Below, piece after piece: positions 45,292 to 53,633 of a stretch of DNA of 59,051 nt. The stretch is from an uncultured Planctomycetaceae bacterium (GTDB lineage Bacteria > Planctomycetota > Planctomycetia > Pirellulales > UBA1268), in the NCBI GenBank assembly GCA_903951635.1, contig CAJBCV010000125.1:1-59051 (forward strand). The letters are read 5' to 3'. A program made the position numbers and the translations under genes. A model generated the notes under the pieces. The model was not told the DNA's origin. It did not search any database and saw nothing but the letters and a program-made list of their open reading frames with translations. How positions within the stretch are numbered: the first letter of the stretch is position 1; each line of letters opens with the position of its first letter.

Positions 45292-46354
45292 CTCCCGCGG
45301 CTGTCGAAGGGGGGGCAGCGGAAGGGAGGGCCGCTTGTTCGACCGCGGCTCCGCGGCTCAAAAGGGCCTTGGCCTCTTGCGTGTCGCCATCGAGCGCGGC
45401 GATCCGCCCGGCGGCCGCGTACCAGCCGGCGAGGAGGCGCCGCATCCGCGCGCTCTCGTCGCGGGAAAGATTCTTGGCCGCGTTCTCGGCATCTTCGGCC
45501 TTCAGGCGGCGGAACTCCGCACGGGCCCGCTCGGCGTCGTCGGCCAGGCCAAGCCGCGCCAAGGCGGTGGCCAGCCCGTACCAGGCGCCGGTGTAGGAGG
45601 CCGCCCGGTCGATCGCCCCCTGGAACGCCGCCCGGGCCTCGGTGTTCTTCTCCTGGCGGAGCCGGGCATGGCCGAGGTGGAAGAGCCGGACCGCGCCACC
45701 GCGGTCGTCGCCGATCGCCGGCTCGAGGACTTCGGCCGCCTCGTCGACCCGGTCTGATTTGAGGAGGCAGCGGCCGAGATGCCCTTGGATGTCGGGGAGG
45801 GACGGGTCGAGTCGGCGGGCGCGCTCGAGCCACTCGGCGGCTTCGGCATCGCGCCCCTCCTTCACGGCGTAGAGCCCGAGCCGATACCACCCCTCGGCCG
45901 TCTCCGGATGCCGCTCGAGATGGGTCTGCCACAGCGCCGCCGCCGTCTCCTGATCGCCGCGCTCGGCGGCGATCGTCGCCGCGAGCGCCGTCGACTGTGG
46001 CCGAGAGGGATGCCGGGCCACGATCCAGTCAACGAGCGTCTGCGCTTCCTCCACCAAGCCGGCGTAGCCCTCAGGCACAGCGGCCGACGGCGTGGGGAAC
46101 CGGACAACCTTGGCCGGTGCTGCCACTGCGGGAGGGGTGCTCCGGGGGCGTGCAAGGGTGACGGCGACGCCAGTTGCGGCGATCACGATCGCAGCGCCGG
46201 TCGCGGCCATCCAGCGCCACGAAATCCAGCGCCACGCCATCCAGCGCCACGATCGGAGGGGGGCTGCGGGTTTCCTGCCGGCCACCTTTCCGGCGGCGAG
46301 GCCAACGCCCTGCCGCGGAGACCCGTTGCTAGGGCGCTGGCGGTCTGTCGGCAT
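45281..46354 (-). CDS. TPR repeat protein with an N-terminal TM anchor
   Basis: TPR-like helices (AEGWYRLGLYAVKEGRDAEAAEWLERARRLDP, YTGAWYGLATALARLGLADDAERA). It overlaps or abuts the CRTAC1 start, which is the usual pairing as I recall it. Confidence 0.75.
   Translation of the reverse strand: MPTDRQRPSNGSPRQGVGLAAGKVAGRKPAAPLRSWRWMAWRWISWRWMAATGAAIVIAATGVAVTLARPRSTPPAVAAPAKVVRFPTPSAAVPEGYAGLVEEAQTLVDWIVARHPSRPQSTALAATIAAERGDQETAAALWQTHLERHPETAEGWYRLGLYAVKEGRDAEAAEWLERARRLDPSLPDIQGHLGRCLLKSDRVDEAAEVLEPAIGDDRGGAVRLFHLGHARLRQEKNTEARAAFQGAIDRAASYTGAWYGLATALARLGLADDAERARAEFRRLKAEDAENAAKNLSRDESARMRRLLAGWYAAAGRIAALDGDTQEAKALLSRGAAVEQAALPSAAPPSTAAGDGR
46209..46253. repeat. 3 x 15-bp tandem repeat in the TPR gene
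   Basis: atccagcgccacgaa / atccagcgccacgcc / atccagcgccacgat encode WRWMAWRWISWRWMA just before the TM helix. Confidence 0.8.
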
Positions 46355-46373
46355 GACGACGCGCCGGCCGCGC

Positions 46374-47282
46374 TCAGCGCAGCCGTTCCTTGAGCCGCCG
46401 GCTGGCGAGGGTGAGGGTATCGCGTTCCTGGGGCGTCAGGCTCGCCTCGCCGGAACGGCTGATCTTCTCGAGGATGCGATCGACCGCGTCGCGGAGGGCC
46501 TCGTCGTCCTCGAGCGAAGCCTGGCGCGGTGGGGTGCGGGAGGGCGGCGCGGGCTCGTCGTCGGGACGAAAGATCCGGAACCGCCGCCGCGACTGAAGGA
46601 GCTGTGCGGGGGCCTCGAGGAGGTCGCCGATGTTCCAGCCGCGCCAAGCGTAGGCGAGGCCGAAGAGCGCTCCGCCGATGTGGGCGAAGTGGGCGACGTT
46701 GCCGGTGCCATGGTAGGCGCCGTTGACGTCGGAAAAGAAGTAGAGGAGGCCGAGGGCCCAGGCGGGAATCGGAAGGATGCCCCAGAAAAGCAGTTCCTGA
46801 TGGGGGTTGTGCCAGACGAAGACGGCGAAAGTCGCCATCACCGCACCGCTGGCGCCGACGAGGAACGAGAACGGAGCCCGGTCCGCTTGGCCGATCTGGA
46901 CGCTCGCCAGCCAGGTGAGGCCGGCGACGACGATCGCCGCCAGCCAGAAGCGGAGGAACTCGTTCCGGCCGACGCGGGACTCGACCTCCGGTCCGAAGAA
47001 CCAGACGGTGAGCATGTTGAGGGCGAGGTGCCACGGCGAACTCATGTCGTGGGCGAAGCCGTACGTGAGCAGCCGCCACGCTTCGAGGGGGTGCTGGGGA
47101 AGATCACCGCGCATCGCCAGCCAACGGGCGAGCGGGAAATCGTTCTCGGCCAGGAGGCAGGCGACCCAGACGGCGCAATTGGCGACCACGATCGTCGTCA
47201 CCGCGCTCCATTCCCCGGCGCCGGAGGATCCCCCCCGCCAAGAACGGTTCGACTCGGCGTAACGGCGGTCTGCAAAACCCAT
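46374..47282 (-). CDS. rhomboid-family intramembrane serine protease
   Basis: Only the C-terminal 302 aa of the 595-aa track ORF look real (MGFADRRYAE...). It has WRLLTYGFAH, the catalytic GASGAV, the AHIGGALFG histidine helix, and a soluble C-terminal tail. Confidence 0.8.
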   Translation of the reverse strand: MGFADRRYAESNRSWRGGSSGAGEWSAVTTIVVANCAVWVACLLAENDFPLARWLAMRGDLPQHPLEAWRLLTYGFAHDMSSPWHLALNMLTVWFFGPEVESRVGRNEFLRFWLAAIVVAGLTWLASVQIGQADRAPFSFLVGASGAVMATFAVFVWHNPHQELLFWGILPIPAWALGLLYFFSDVNGAYHGTGNVAHFAHIGGALFGLAYAWRGWNIGDLLEAPAQLLQSRRRFRIFRPDDEPAPPSRTPPRQASLEDDEALRDAVDRILEKISRSGEASLTPQERDTLTLASRRLKERLR

Positions 47283-47528
47283 GGGATTCCTCGTCGGCCG
47301 GTTCGCCGGCGGCGGCCCGCGCGGCAGCCGCCGCGGCCGGGCAGACGTCATCGTAGGTCCTTGCCGGGGGAGGGGGCAACGGCCTGCCCCCTCCAGCCGC
47401 CGCGGCGGGTGTGTTAGATTCCCCCCGCTGGGTTCAGCCGGGGTCCGGTGGTGGCCGAGCGATCGATGGAGGGGGGCCGGTGTCCTCCTGCCGGGAACAC
47501 TGACGCGACGCGAAGGGGAGAGCAGGGT

Positions 47529-48725
47529 ATGGCGACCAACGGGAGCTTGGGGCGGAAGTTGCGGATGGCGATCGTCGGAGGAGGGCAGGGGTCGTTCATC
47601 GGCCGGGTGCACGTCACCGCCGCCGTCCTCGACAACCGGGCTGCCCTCGTCGCCGGAGCGCTGTCGAGCGATCCGGCCCGCGCCAAGGCGAGCGCCGCCG
47701 ACTACGACATCGCCCCGTCCCGTGCCTACGGCTCCTATGCCGAGATGTTCGACGCCGAGCGAAAGCTCCCCGCCGGCGAGCGGATCGACTTTGTCTCCAT
47801 CGCCACGCCGAACCACATGCACTTCCCCGTCGCCCGGGCGGCGGTCGAAGCGGGCTTTCACGTGATCTGCGACAAGCCGATGACGTTGACTCTCGCTGAG
47901 GCTGAAGAACTCGCGGCGCTGGTCAAGGGATCGAACGTCGTCTTCGCCGTGACGCATAACTACACCGGCTATCCGCTCGTCCGTCAGGCGCGGCAGATGA
48001 TCCTCTCCGGCGAGCTCGGCGACATCCAGGCGATCCGTGCCACGTACATCCAGGGCTGGCTGCGGAGTCGGCTCGAGAGCGAAGGGCAGAAGCAGGCCGC
48101 TTGGCGGACCGATCCGACCAAGAGCGGCGCCGCCGGTTGCTTCGGCGACATCGGCACCCACGCCTACAACCTCGGCCGCTACATGACCGGCCTCCTCCCC
48201 GATTCAATCAGCTGCAATCTCAAGATCTTCGAGCCGCCGCGGCCGCTCGACGACTACGGCCACGCCGTGATCCGCTACGGCAACGGCGCCCTCGGCACCG
48301 TCACCGCCTCGCAGATCAGCCATGGCCGCGAGAACGACGTGCGGATCGAGATCGACGGCACGCTGGCGAGCCTCGAGTGGCACCAGGAAAACCCCAACCA
48401 ACTCTTCATCCGCAAAAACGGCGAGCCGCACCGGATCTACACCCGCGATCCCAACGCCCCCTACACCTCCGACCCCGCCAAGGCCGCCTGCCGGCTCCCG
48501 TCGGGGCATCCCGAGGGCTTCTTCGAGGCCTTCGCCAACGTCTACCGCGCTACCTACGACGCGATGGAGCTGGCGATCGCCGGCAAGCCTTTCGAACGCA
48601 CCAACACGATCTATCCCAACATCCACGACGGCGTGGAGGGGATGTACTTCATCGAGCAGTCGGTCGCGTCGAGCAAGGCCGGCGGCGCCTGGCTGCCGCT
48701 CAAGCATCCGTTGGCCCGGCAGTAG
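47529..48725 (+). CDS. Gfo/Idh/MocA-family oxidoreductase
   Basis: ATG 47529. It has MAIVGGGQGSFIGRVH (Rossmann), ATPNHMHFPVARAAVEAGFHVICDKP, and a C-terminal alpha/beta domain. Confidence 0.85.
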   Translation: MATNGSLGRKLRMAIVGGGQGSFIGRVHVTAAVLDNRAALVAGALSSDPARAKASAADYDIAPSRAYGSYAEMFDAERKLPAGERIDFVSIATPNHMHFPVARAAVEAGFHVICDKPMTLTLAEAEELAALVKGSNVVFAVTHNYTGYPLVRQARQMILSGELGDIQAIRATYIQGWLRSRLESEGQKQAAWRTDPTKSGAAGCFGDIGTHAYNLGRYMTGLLPDSISCNLKIFEPPRPLDDYGHAVIRYGNGALGTVTASQISHGRENDVRIEIDGTLASLEWHQENPNQLFIRKNGEPHRIYTRDPNAPYTSDPAKAACRLPSGHPEGFFEAFANVYRATYDAMELAIAGKPFERTNTIYPNIHDGVEGMYFIEQSVASSKAGGAWLPLKHPLARQ

Positions 48726-48737
48726 TTCGGGCACGAG

Positions 48738-49595
48738 GTGCCAGCACGCGAAAGGACTCGACACTTGCCTCCGGCCCCCCCCGTGAAGCGCGACACCGCC
48801 TACTTCGTCTTCGACATCGAGAGCGTCTCCGATGGCGCTTTGGTGTCGCGGCTGCGGTATCCAGAGGAGAAGCTCTCGCCGGCGGCGGCGATTGCCCGGT
48901 GGCGCGCGGAGCTGATGGCGGAGCAGGGGAAGGACTTCATCCCCTACACCTTCCAGCTTCCGGTGTCGCTGGTCATCGCGCGGGTGGCGGCCGACTACCG
49001 GCTCATTGATCTGGTCGCTCTCGACGAGGAGAAGTCGCGGCCGCCCGAGATCGCGCGGCTGTTCTGGGAGGGATGGCGGAAGTACGGCAGGCCGTGTCTT
49101 GTGACGTTCAACGGCCGCGGCTTCGACGTCCCGCTCCTCGAGCTCTGCGCGTTCCGCTACGGGCTCCCGATCCCCGACTGGTATGCCGAGGACAAACGCA
49201 ATTTCGACCAGCCGCGCTACCGCTACAACATGGCGGGTCACTTCGATCTCCATGAATGGCTCACCAACAGCGGCGCGAGCCGGTTCCAGGGGGGGCTGTC
49301 GCTGGCGGCGAACCTCATCGGCAAGCCGGGGAAGCAGGACGTCGCCGGCTACATGGTGCAGGATCTGTGGGACGCCGGCCGGGCCGCCGACATCCACGAC
49401 TACTGTCGTGGCGACGTGCTCGACACCTATTTCATCTTCCTCCGCTCGCGCGTCTTGGCCGGCGAGCTTTCCCTCGAAGAGGAGCATGTCCTCATCGAGG
49501 AGACGCGGAAGTGGATCGAAGAGAAGTCGGCCTCGTCGCCGGGACTGGCCCGCTACCTGAAGGCCTGGGGCGACTGGAAGAGCCCGTACGCGTGA
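48738..49595 (+). CDS. stand-alone 3'-5' exonuclease related to the PolB exonuclease domain (RNase H-like fold)
   Basis: YFVFDIES (ExoI-like DxE), TFNGRGFDVPLL (ExoII-like), H.DL, and IHDYCRGDVLDTYFIFLR (ExoIII-like Y..D). The GTG start at 48738 is uncertain; GTG 48783 is an alternative. Confidence 0.65.
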   Translation: MPARERTRHLPPAPPVKRDTAYFVFDIESVSDGALVSRLRYPEEKLSPAAAIARWRAELMAEQGKDFIPYTFQLPVSLVIARVAADYRLIDLVALDEEKSRPPEIARLFWEGWRKYGRPCLVTFNGRGFDVPLLELCAFRYGLPIPDWYAEDKRNFDQPRYRYNMAGHFDLHEWLTNSGASRFQGGLSLAANLIGKPGKQDVAGYMVQDLWDAGRAADIHDYCRGDVLDTYFIFLRSRVLAGELSLEEEHVLIEETRKWIEEKSASSPGLARYLKAWGDWKSPYA

Positions 49596-49611
49596 GGGGC
49601 GTTCGGCGGGC

Positions 49612-50706
49612 TCACTGCGGCGCTGCGGCCGGCTCGTCGCTGGCATTGCTGGCCGCCTCTGCTGGTTGTCCGGCCGGAGCCCCTTCGGGCCGAAAGAGCG
49701 TGGCGGCCACGGCTCTGGCTGCCGCCTTGGCGTCATCGTCGACCTTCCCCTTCGGGGCCCGTGCCTCCACCGTGTAGAGCCGCCCGCCGAGAACGACGCC
49801 GTAGGCGAAGCGCTCGATCGGCTCGGAGAGGCCCCCCACCTTCGCCGTTCCCGGCATCGCCCAGGCGACGCCGGCGTGGCTTCCAAACGTGGCAGCGGCC
49901 GGCTTCTTGATCAGCTTCACGGGGCCATCGGCCGGGAACGTCTCCGCGAGCTTCGTGCCGATCGCCGCGACCAGGTCGGTCTGGTTGGCGGCCGTGATTT
50001 CTCCGAGCCCTTCCGGCACCGGCTCGGCCGTGACGACGATCGAGGGATAGGACTTCCTCGGGCCGGGCTGATAGCGGACGAGATAGTTCTGCGAGCGCGG
50101 CGAACGGGTCCACCCGAGGGGGGAACTGATTTCGACGCGGCCGCCATCGAGGAGCAGGGCTGTGTCGGCGTCGATGAGTTTTGAGGTTGGCCGCGCCGGT
50201 CCACCGTTGCCAGCCGCCGCCGCGAGCCCATCGAGCGACGTGGCCGGCATGGCGGGATCGACTGGCATCGGCTCGGAAGCCTCGGGAGGCATCGGCTCGG
50301 CGGGAGCGGCAGGCTCCGCGACCGGCGCTGGCTCTGCAGCGACGTCGGCCGCGTCGGCGCCTGGTGGAGGAGGGGCCGCGTCAACTGCCGCAGGCTTTGC
50401 GGCGCTTTCGACAGCGGGATCGGCAGCGCCTTCCTCCGGCTCGGTGCCCGCCGTGGGCGGCGCTTGCGAGCCCTCCGTGTGGGAGCCTTCTGTACCGGCA
50501 AGTTCCGCCAGCCCCGTCTCGGGGCGCTTGGCCGTCTTCCCTCGCTTCTTCGCGGCGGGCTTCGACGAGCAGCCGGGGGCGATGACGCCAAGCGGCGCGA
50601 GCATCGCCGCCACCATCGCGACAACGAGGAGCGCCCGCCACGGGCGCGGGCCTGCCGTGGGCCGCCGCGGGCCGGGGCGAGGGCCCCCGGCAGCGCAGGC
50701 TGGCAT
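49612..50706 (-). CDS. hypothetical lipoprotein with an Ala/Pro/Glu-rich linker
   Basis: The track ORF extends to 50793 (GTG). ATG 50706 gives MPACAAGG...RALLVVAMVAAMLAPLGVIAPGCSS with a lipobox. The start is uncertain. Confidence 0.55.
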   Translation of the reverse strand: MPACAAGGPRPGPRRPTAGPRPWRALLVVAMVAAMLAPLGVIAPGCSSKPAAKKRGKTAKRPETGLAELAGTEGSHTEGSQAPPTAGTEPEEGAADPAVESAAKPAAVDAAPPPPGADAADVAAEPAPVAEPAAPAEPMPPEASEPMPVDPAMPATSLDGLAAAAGNGGPARPTSKLIDADTALLLDGGRVEISSPLGWTRSPRSQNYLVRYQPGPRKSYPSIVVTAEPVPEGLGEITAANQTDLVAAIGTKLAETFPADGPVKLIKKPAAATFGSHAGVAWAMPGTAKVGGLSEPIERFAYGVVLGGRLYTVEARAPKGKVDDDAKAAARAVAATLFRPEGAPAGQPAEAASNASDEPAAAPQ

Positions 50707-50789
50707 GGCCACGGGATCCTTCAAGGAGCCGATCATCGGTCGTGCCCTCGGAAGGAGATTGCGGAGCGAACGGATCGCCCCGGCAAGGA

Positions 50790-51143
50790 TCACTCGGTGA
50801 TTGCTTCCTTGACCAATTGGATGAAGTGCGTCGCCCGCGAGGAGGCGGTCAGTTCGGCCGCCTTCTTCTCGGCCGACTTCTTGTCGGCATATTCGAACAG
50901 CACCAGCCGCTTCATCGCCTGGTTGAAGACGCCCCAGTAAGCCTTGAGGCGGGTCTCTTTGGCGACCTTCTTGCGGACAGTCTTTTTGGCGGCGACCTTC
51001 GGCTCCTTGGCCACCTTCTCCTTCTTCGCCTTCGGCTCCTTGGCGACCTTCTCCTTCTTCTCCTTGCCGCGGGCCTCCGCGGCGTCGTTCTGCGCCCGAA
51101 GCTCCTTGCGATTCACCACTTTCCGCGCCATCGATCGAGCCAT
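50790..51143 (-). CDS. small lysine-rich (histone H1-like tail) protein, hypothetical
   Basis: Only the C-terminal 117 aa of the 376-aa track ORF look real: MARSMARKVVNRKELRAQNDAAEARGKEKKEKVAKEPKAKKEKVAKEPKVAAKKTVRKKVAKE... followed by the globular segment LKAYWGVFNQAMKRLVLFEYADKKSAEKKAAELT...HFIQLVKEAITE. Confidence 0.55.
   Translation of the reverse strand: MARSMARKVVNRKELRAQNDAAEARGKEKKEKVAKEPKAKKEKVAKEPKVAAKKTVRKKVAKETRLKAYWGVFNQAMKRLVLFEYADKKSAEKKAAELTASSRATHFIQLVKEAITE
50997..51062. repeat. 2 x 33-bp tandem repeat in the Lys-rich gene
   Basis: cttcggctccttggccaccttctccttcttcgc / cttcggctccttggcgaccttctccttcttctc, with 2 mismatches, encode EKVAKEPKAKK / EKVAKEPKV.. Confidence 0.8.
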
Positions 51144-51266
51144 CCTTCCCGTTTGGTTCCTGGCGGTCCGCGGGGGGCCCCTGGGGGGCCGCAGGCCACA
51201 GCGACCGTCGGGAGGAAAGTATAGCGATGGCGGCAGTCTCCGCACGCCGGGCGTATACTTGGGGCC

Positions 51267-52409
51267 ATGAACAGCTCCGCCGCAGCCCCGCCCCTTCCGG
51301 GCCCGTTCACCGACTACCGCCCCCTCTCCGACGCCGAACTTGCGGCACGGATCGAGGGGGTTCGCCAGCGGATGGGCCGCCGGCTCGTGATCCTCGGTCA
51401 TCACTACCAGCAGGACGGCGTCATCGCCCACGCCGACTTCCAGGGGGACAGCTACCAGCTCTCCCGTTCGGCTGCCGAACGGGACGAGTGCGAGGCGATC
51501 GCCTTTTGCGGCGTCCACTTCATGGCCGAGACGGCCGACATTCTCGCCAACCGTCCCGACAAGGTCGCCGCCCGCGGCGGCCGGCGCGTGACGGTCGTCC
51601 TCCCCGATCTCGCCGCTGGCTGTTCGATGGCCGACATGGCCGCGATCACGCAGGTGGAGGATGCCTGGGCCGATCTCGGCACCGTCATCGACACCGCCGA
51701 CCTCACCCCGGTCACTTACATCAACTCCGCGGCGAGCCTCAAGGCTTTCTGTGGCCGCCACGGTGGGATCGTCTGCACCTCGAGCAACGCCCGCGCCGTC
51801 CTCGAATGGGCCTTCGCCCGCGGCCGCCGCGTCCTCTTCTTCCCCGACCAGCACCTCGGCCGCAACACGGCGCGCACGATGGGGATCGGCCTCGATCAGA
51901 TGTGCGTCTGGAATCCGCACGAGCCGGAGCTGGGCGGCAACAGCAAAGCGGCGCTCGAGGCGTCACGCGTCATCCTCTGGCAGGGGCACTGCAGCGTCCA
52001 TGCGATGTTCCGCCCGGAGCATGTCGACGGGCTGCGAAAAAATATTCCCGGCGTGAAGATCCTCGTCCATCCGGAGTGTTCGATGGAGGTCGTCGACAAG
52101 GCCGACCTCGTCGGCTCGACGAGCTACATCCTCCGCCAGGTCGAGCAGGCCCCGCCGGGCTCGAAGTGGGCGATCGGCACCGAGCTCCATCTCGTCAAGC
52201 GTTTGGAAGCCGCTCACCCCGAGCAGGAGATCCACTTCCTCTCGCCGGTGGTCTGCATGTGCGCCACGATGTACCGCATCGACTTGGCCCACCTCTGCTG
52301 GAGCCTCGAGCACCTCGAGGCAGGGGATGCCGTGAACGTGATCCGGGTCGACGACGAGACGGCGAAGTGGGCCGTCGTGGCGCTCGAGCGGATGCTCGCC
52401 GTCGCCTGA
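51267..52409 (+). CDS. nadA: quinolinate synthase
   Basis: ILGHHYQ, FCGVHFMAETADIL, AGCSMADM, YINSAASLKAF, CTSSNA, FFPDQHLGRN, WQGHCSVH, VHPECS, VGSTS, IGTELHLV, CATMYRI. Confidence 0.9.
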   Translation: MNSSAAAPPLPGPFTDYRPLSDAELAARIEGVRQRMGRRLVILGHHYQQDGVIAHADFQGDSYQLSRSAAERDECEAIAFCGVHFMAETADILANRPDKVAARGGRRVTVVLPDLAAGCSMADMAAITQVEDAWADLGTVIDTADLTPVTYINSAASLKAFCGRHGGIVCTSSNARAVLEWAFARGRRVLFFPDQHLGRNTARTMGIGLDQMCVWNPHEPELGGNSKAALEASRVILWQGHCSVHAMFRPEHVDGLRKNIPGVKILVHPECSMEVVDKADLVGSTSYILRQVEQAPPGSKWAIGTELHLVKRLEAAHPEQEIHFLSPVVCMCATMYRIDLAHLCWSLEHLEAGDAVNVIRVDDETAKWAVVALERMLAVA

Positions 52410-52477
52410 GACTGGCCTCGGCCAGCGATCGTCGCGCGTCGATGGAATCAAAGCATTTTTTCTGGGGAGGATTCCAG

Positions 52478-53563
52478 ATGGTGGTGACCAGCCTGCTTTG
52501 CGGTGCGCGGCGAAAGGTGACGGAGGCGCTGGTGACGAGTGCGGTTTTCCTGGCTGTCATGGCTTCGCTGGCCCTCGTGGCCTCAGCCGACGCCCGGGCC
52601 GCCGCGCCGGTGCCGGTGATCTTCGACACCGACATCTGCGGCGACTGCGACGACGTCGCGGCGCTCGCCATGCTCCATGCGCTCGAGTCGCGCGAGCAGT
52701 GCCGGCTGCTCGCGGTGACGGTGACGGCCAATCACGCGCTGGCTGCCCCGTTTGTCGACTGCATCAACCGCTTCTATGGCCGCACGGAGATCCCGGTCGG
52801 CGTCGTCCGCCCCGGTGGCGTCGAGGAGCAGAGCGTCTATCTCAAGCTCGCCGAGGCGACCCAAGACGACCCCGCCTTGGCCGGCAAGGAACGCTATCCC
52901 CACGCGCTTCGCCATGCGAAGGATGCCCCCGAGGCGGTCGCGGTTTTGCGGAAGGCGCTTGCGGCTGCGGAGGATGGCTCGGTCGTCGTCGTCCAGGTCG
53001 GCTTCTCCACGAATCTCGCCCGCCTCCTCGACAGTCCGCCCGATGCCACGAGCCCGCTCGACGGCAAGGCCCTCGTCGCCAAGAAGGTGAAGCTCCTCGA
53101 GCTCATGGCCGGGGCCTTCCAGCCGATCGATGGCAACGCCGCCTACGAGGAATACAACGTCGTCAAGGATCGGGCTGCCGCAGCGAAGCTCGCCGAGGCG
53201 TGGCCGACGGAGATGATCTGGAGCGGCTTTGAGATCGGGATCGCGCTGCCCTATCCGAGCCAAAGCATCCTCGAGGATTTCCGGGATGTCCCCCATCATC
53301 CGGTGGCGGAGTCCTACAAGATCCTCTCGCCGCCGCCGCAGGACCGGCCGAGTTGGGATCTGACGAGCGTCCTCGATGGGGTTCTCGGGAGCCGGGGCTA
53401 CTTCGACCGCTCGCCACCGGGGAAGGTGACGGTGACGGAGAAGGGGGCGACGACGTTCACCCCCGATCCTCAGGGGAAGCACCGCTATCTTGTCCTCAAG
53501 GACGCCGCGGCCCGGGCCCGTGTCATCGAAGCCCTCGTGCAGCTCTCCAGCCAGCCGCGGTAA
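52478..53563 (+). CDS. secreted nucleoside hydrolase-like protein (IU-NH family)
   Basis: Only the C-terminal part of track ORF 51227..53563 looks real. GGGGAGGA lies 7 nt before ATG 52478. It has a signal/TM segment (VTSAVFLAVMASLALVASADA) and a VIFDTDICGDCDDVAALAML aspartate cluster. Confidence 0.55.
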   Translation: MVVTSLLCGARRKVTEALVTSAVFLAVMASLALVASADARAAAPVPVIFDTDICGDCDDVAALAMLHALESREQCRLLAVTVTANHALAAPFVDCINRFYGRTEIPVGVVRPGGVEEQSVYLKLAEATQDDPALAGKERYPHALRHAKDAPEAVAVLRKALAAAEDGSVVVVQVGFSTNLARLLDSPPDATSPLDGKALVAKKVKLLELMAGAFQPIDGNAAYEEYNVVKDRAAAAKLAEAWPTEMIWSGFEIGIALPYPSQSILEDFRDVPHHPVAESYKILSPPPQDRPSWDLTSVLDGVLGSRGYFDRSPPGKVTVTEKGATTFTPDPQGKHRYLVLKDAAARARVIEALVQLSSQPR

Positions 53564-53604
53564 CGCAGCCCATCCCCGTTTTCCGCGTGCGGCGAATGGG
53601 GGGT

Positions 53605-53633
53605 ATAATCGCCGCAAAAGATGCGGCGATTAT
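53605..53633 (+). promoter_or_regulatory. perfect 11-7-11 palindrome overlapping a perfect TATAAT and the Fic start codon (operator-like)
   Basis: ATAATCGCCGC-aaaagat-GCGGCGATTAT. TATAAT is at 53604-53609. The right arm ends in the AT of ATG 53632. Confidence 0.45.

Noticed and set aside
39657-45762. Long antisense ORFs 39657..42509 (950 aa) and 43540..45762 (740 aa)
   Set aside because: They are antisense to the MMPL transporter and CRTAC1/TPR genes, and their composition is typical of GC-rich antisense frames.
47283-48161. N-terminal extension of the rhomboid ORF (46374..48161)
   Set aside because: The extension runs through the divergent promoter region and antisense to the Gfo/Idh/MocA gene. 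The rhomboid fold begins at MGFADRRY (47282).
51144-51266. NAD+ riboswitch (nadA motif) upstream of nadA
   Set aside because: The 123-nt leader has no CAACA/ACANCCCC-type tandem domains as I remember them. It shows only GC-rich palindromic runs and a TATACT 9 nt before the ATG.
51227-52441. N-terminal 400 aa of ORF 51227..53563 and ORF 50790..51920 beyond 51143
   Set aside because: They overlap nadA in other frames and have R/P/G-rich composition. The real genes are the C-terminal portions: the nucleoside hydrolase-like gene from 52478 and the Lys-rich protein up to 51143.
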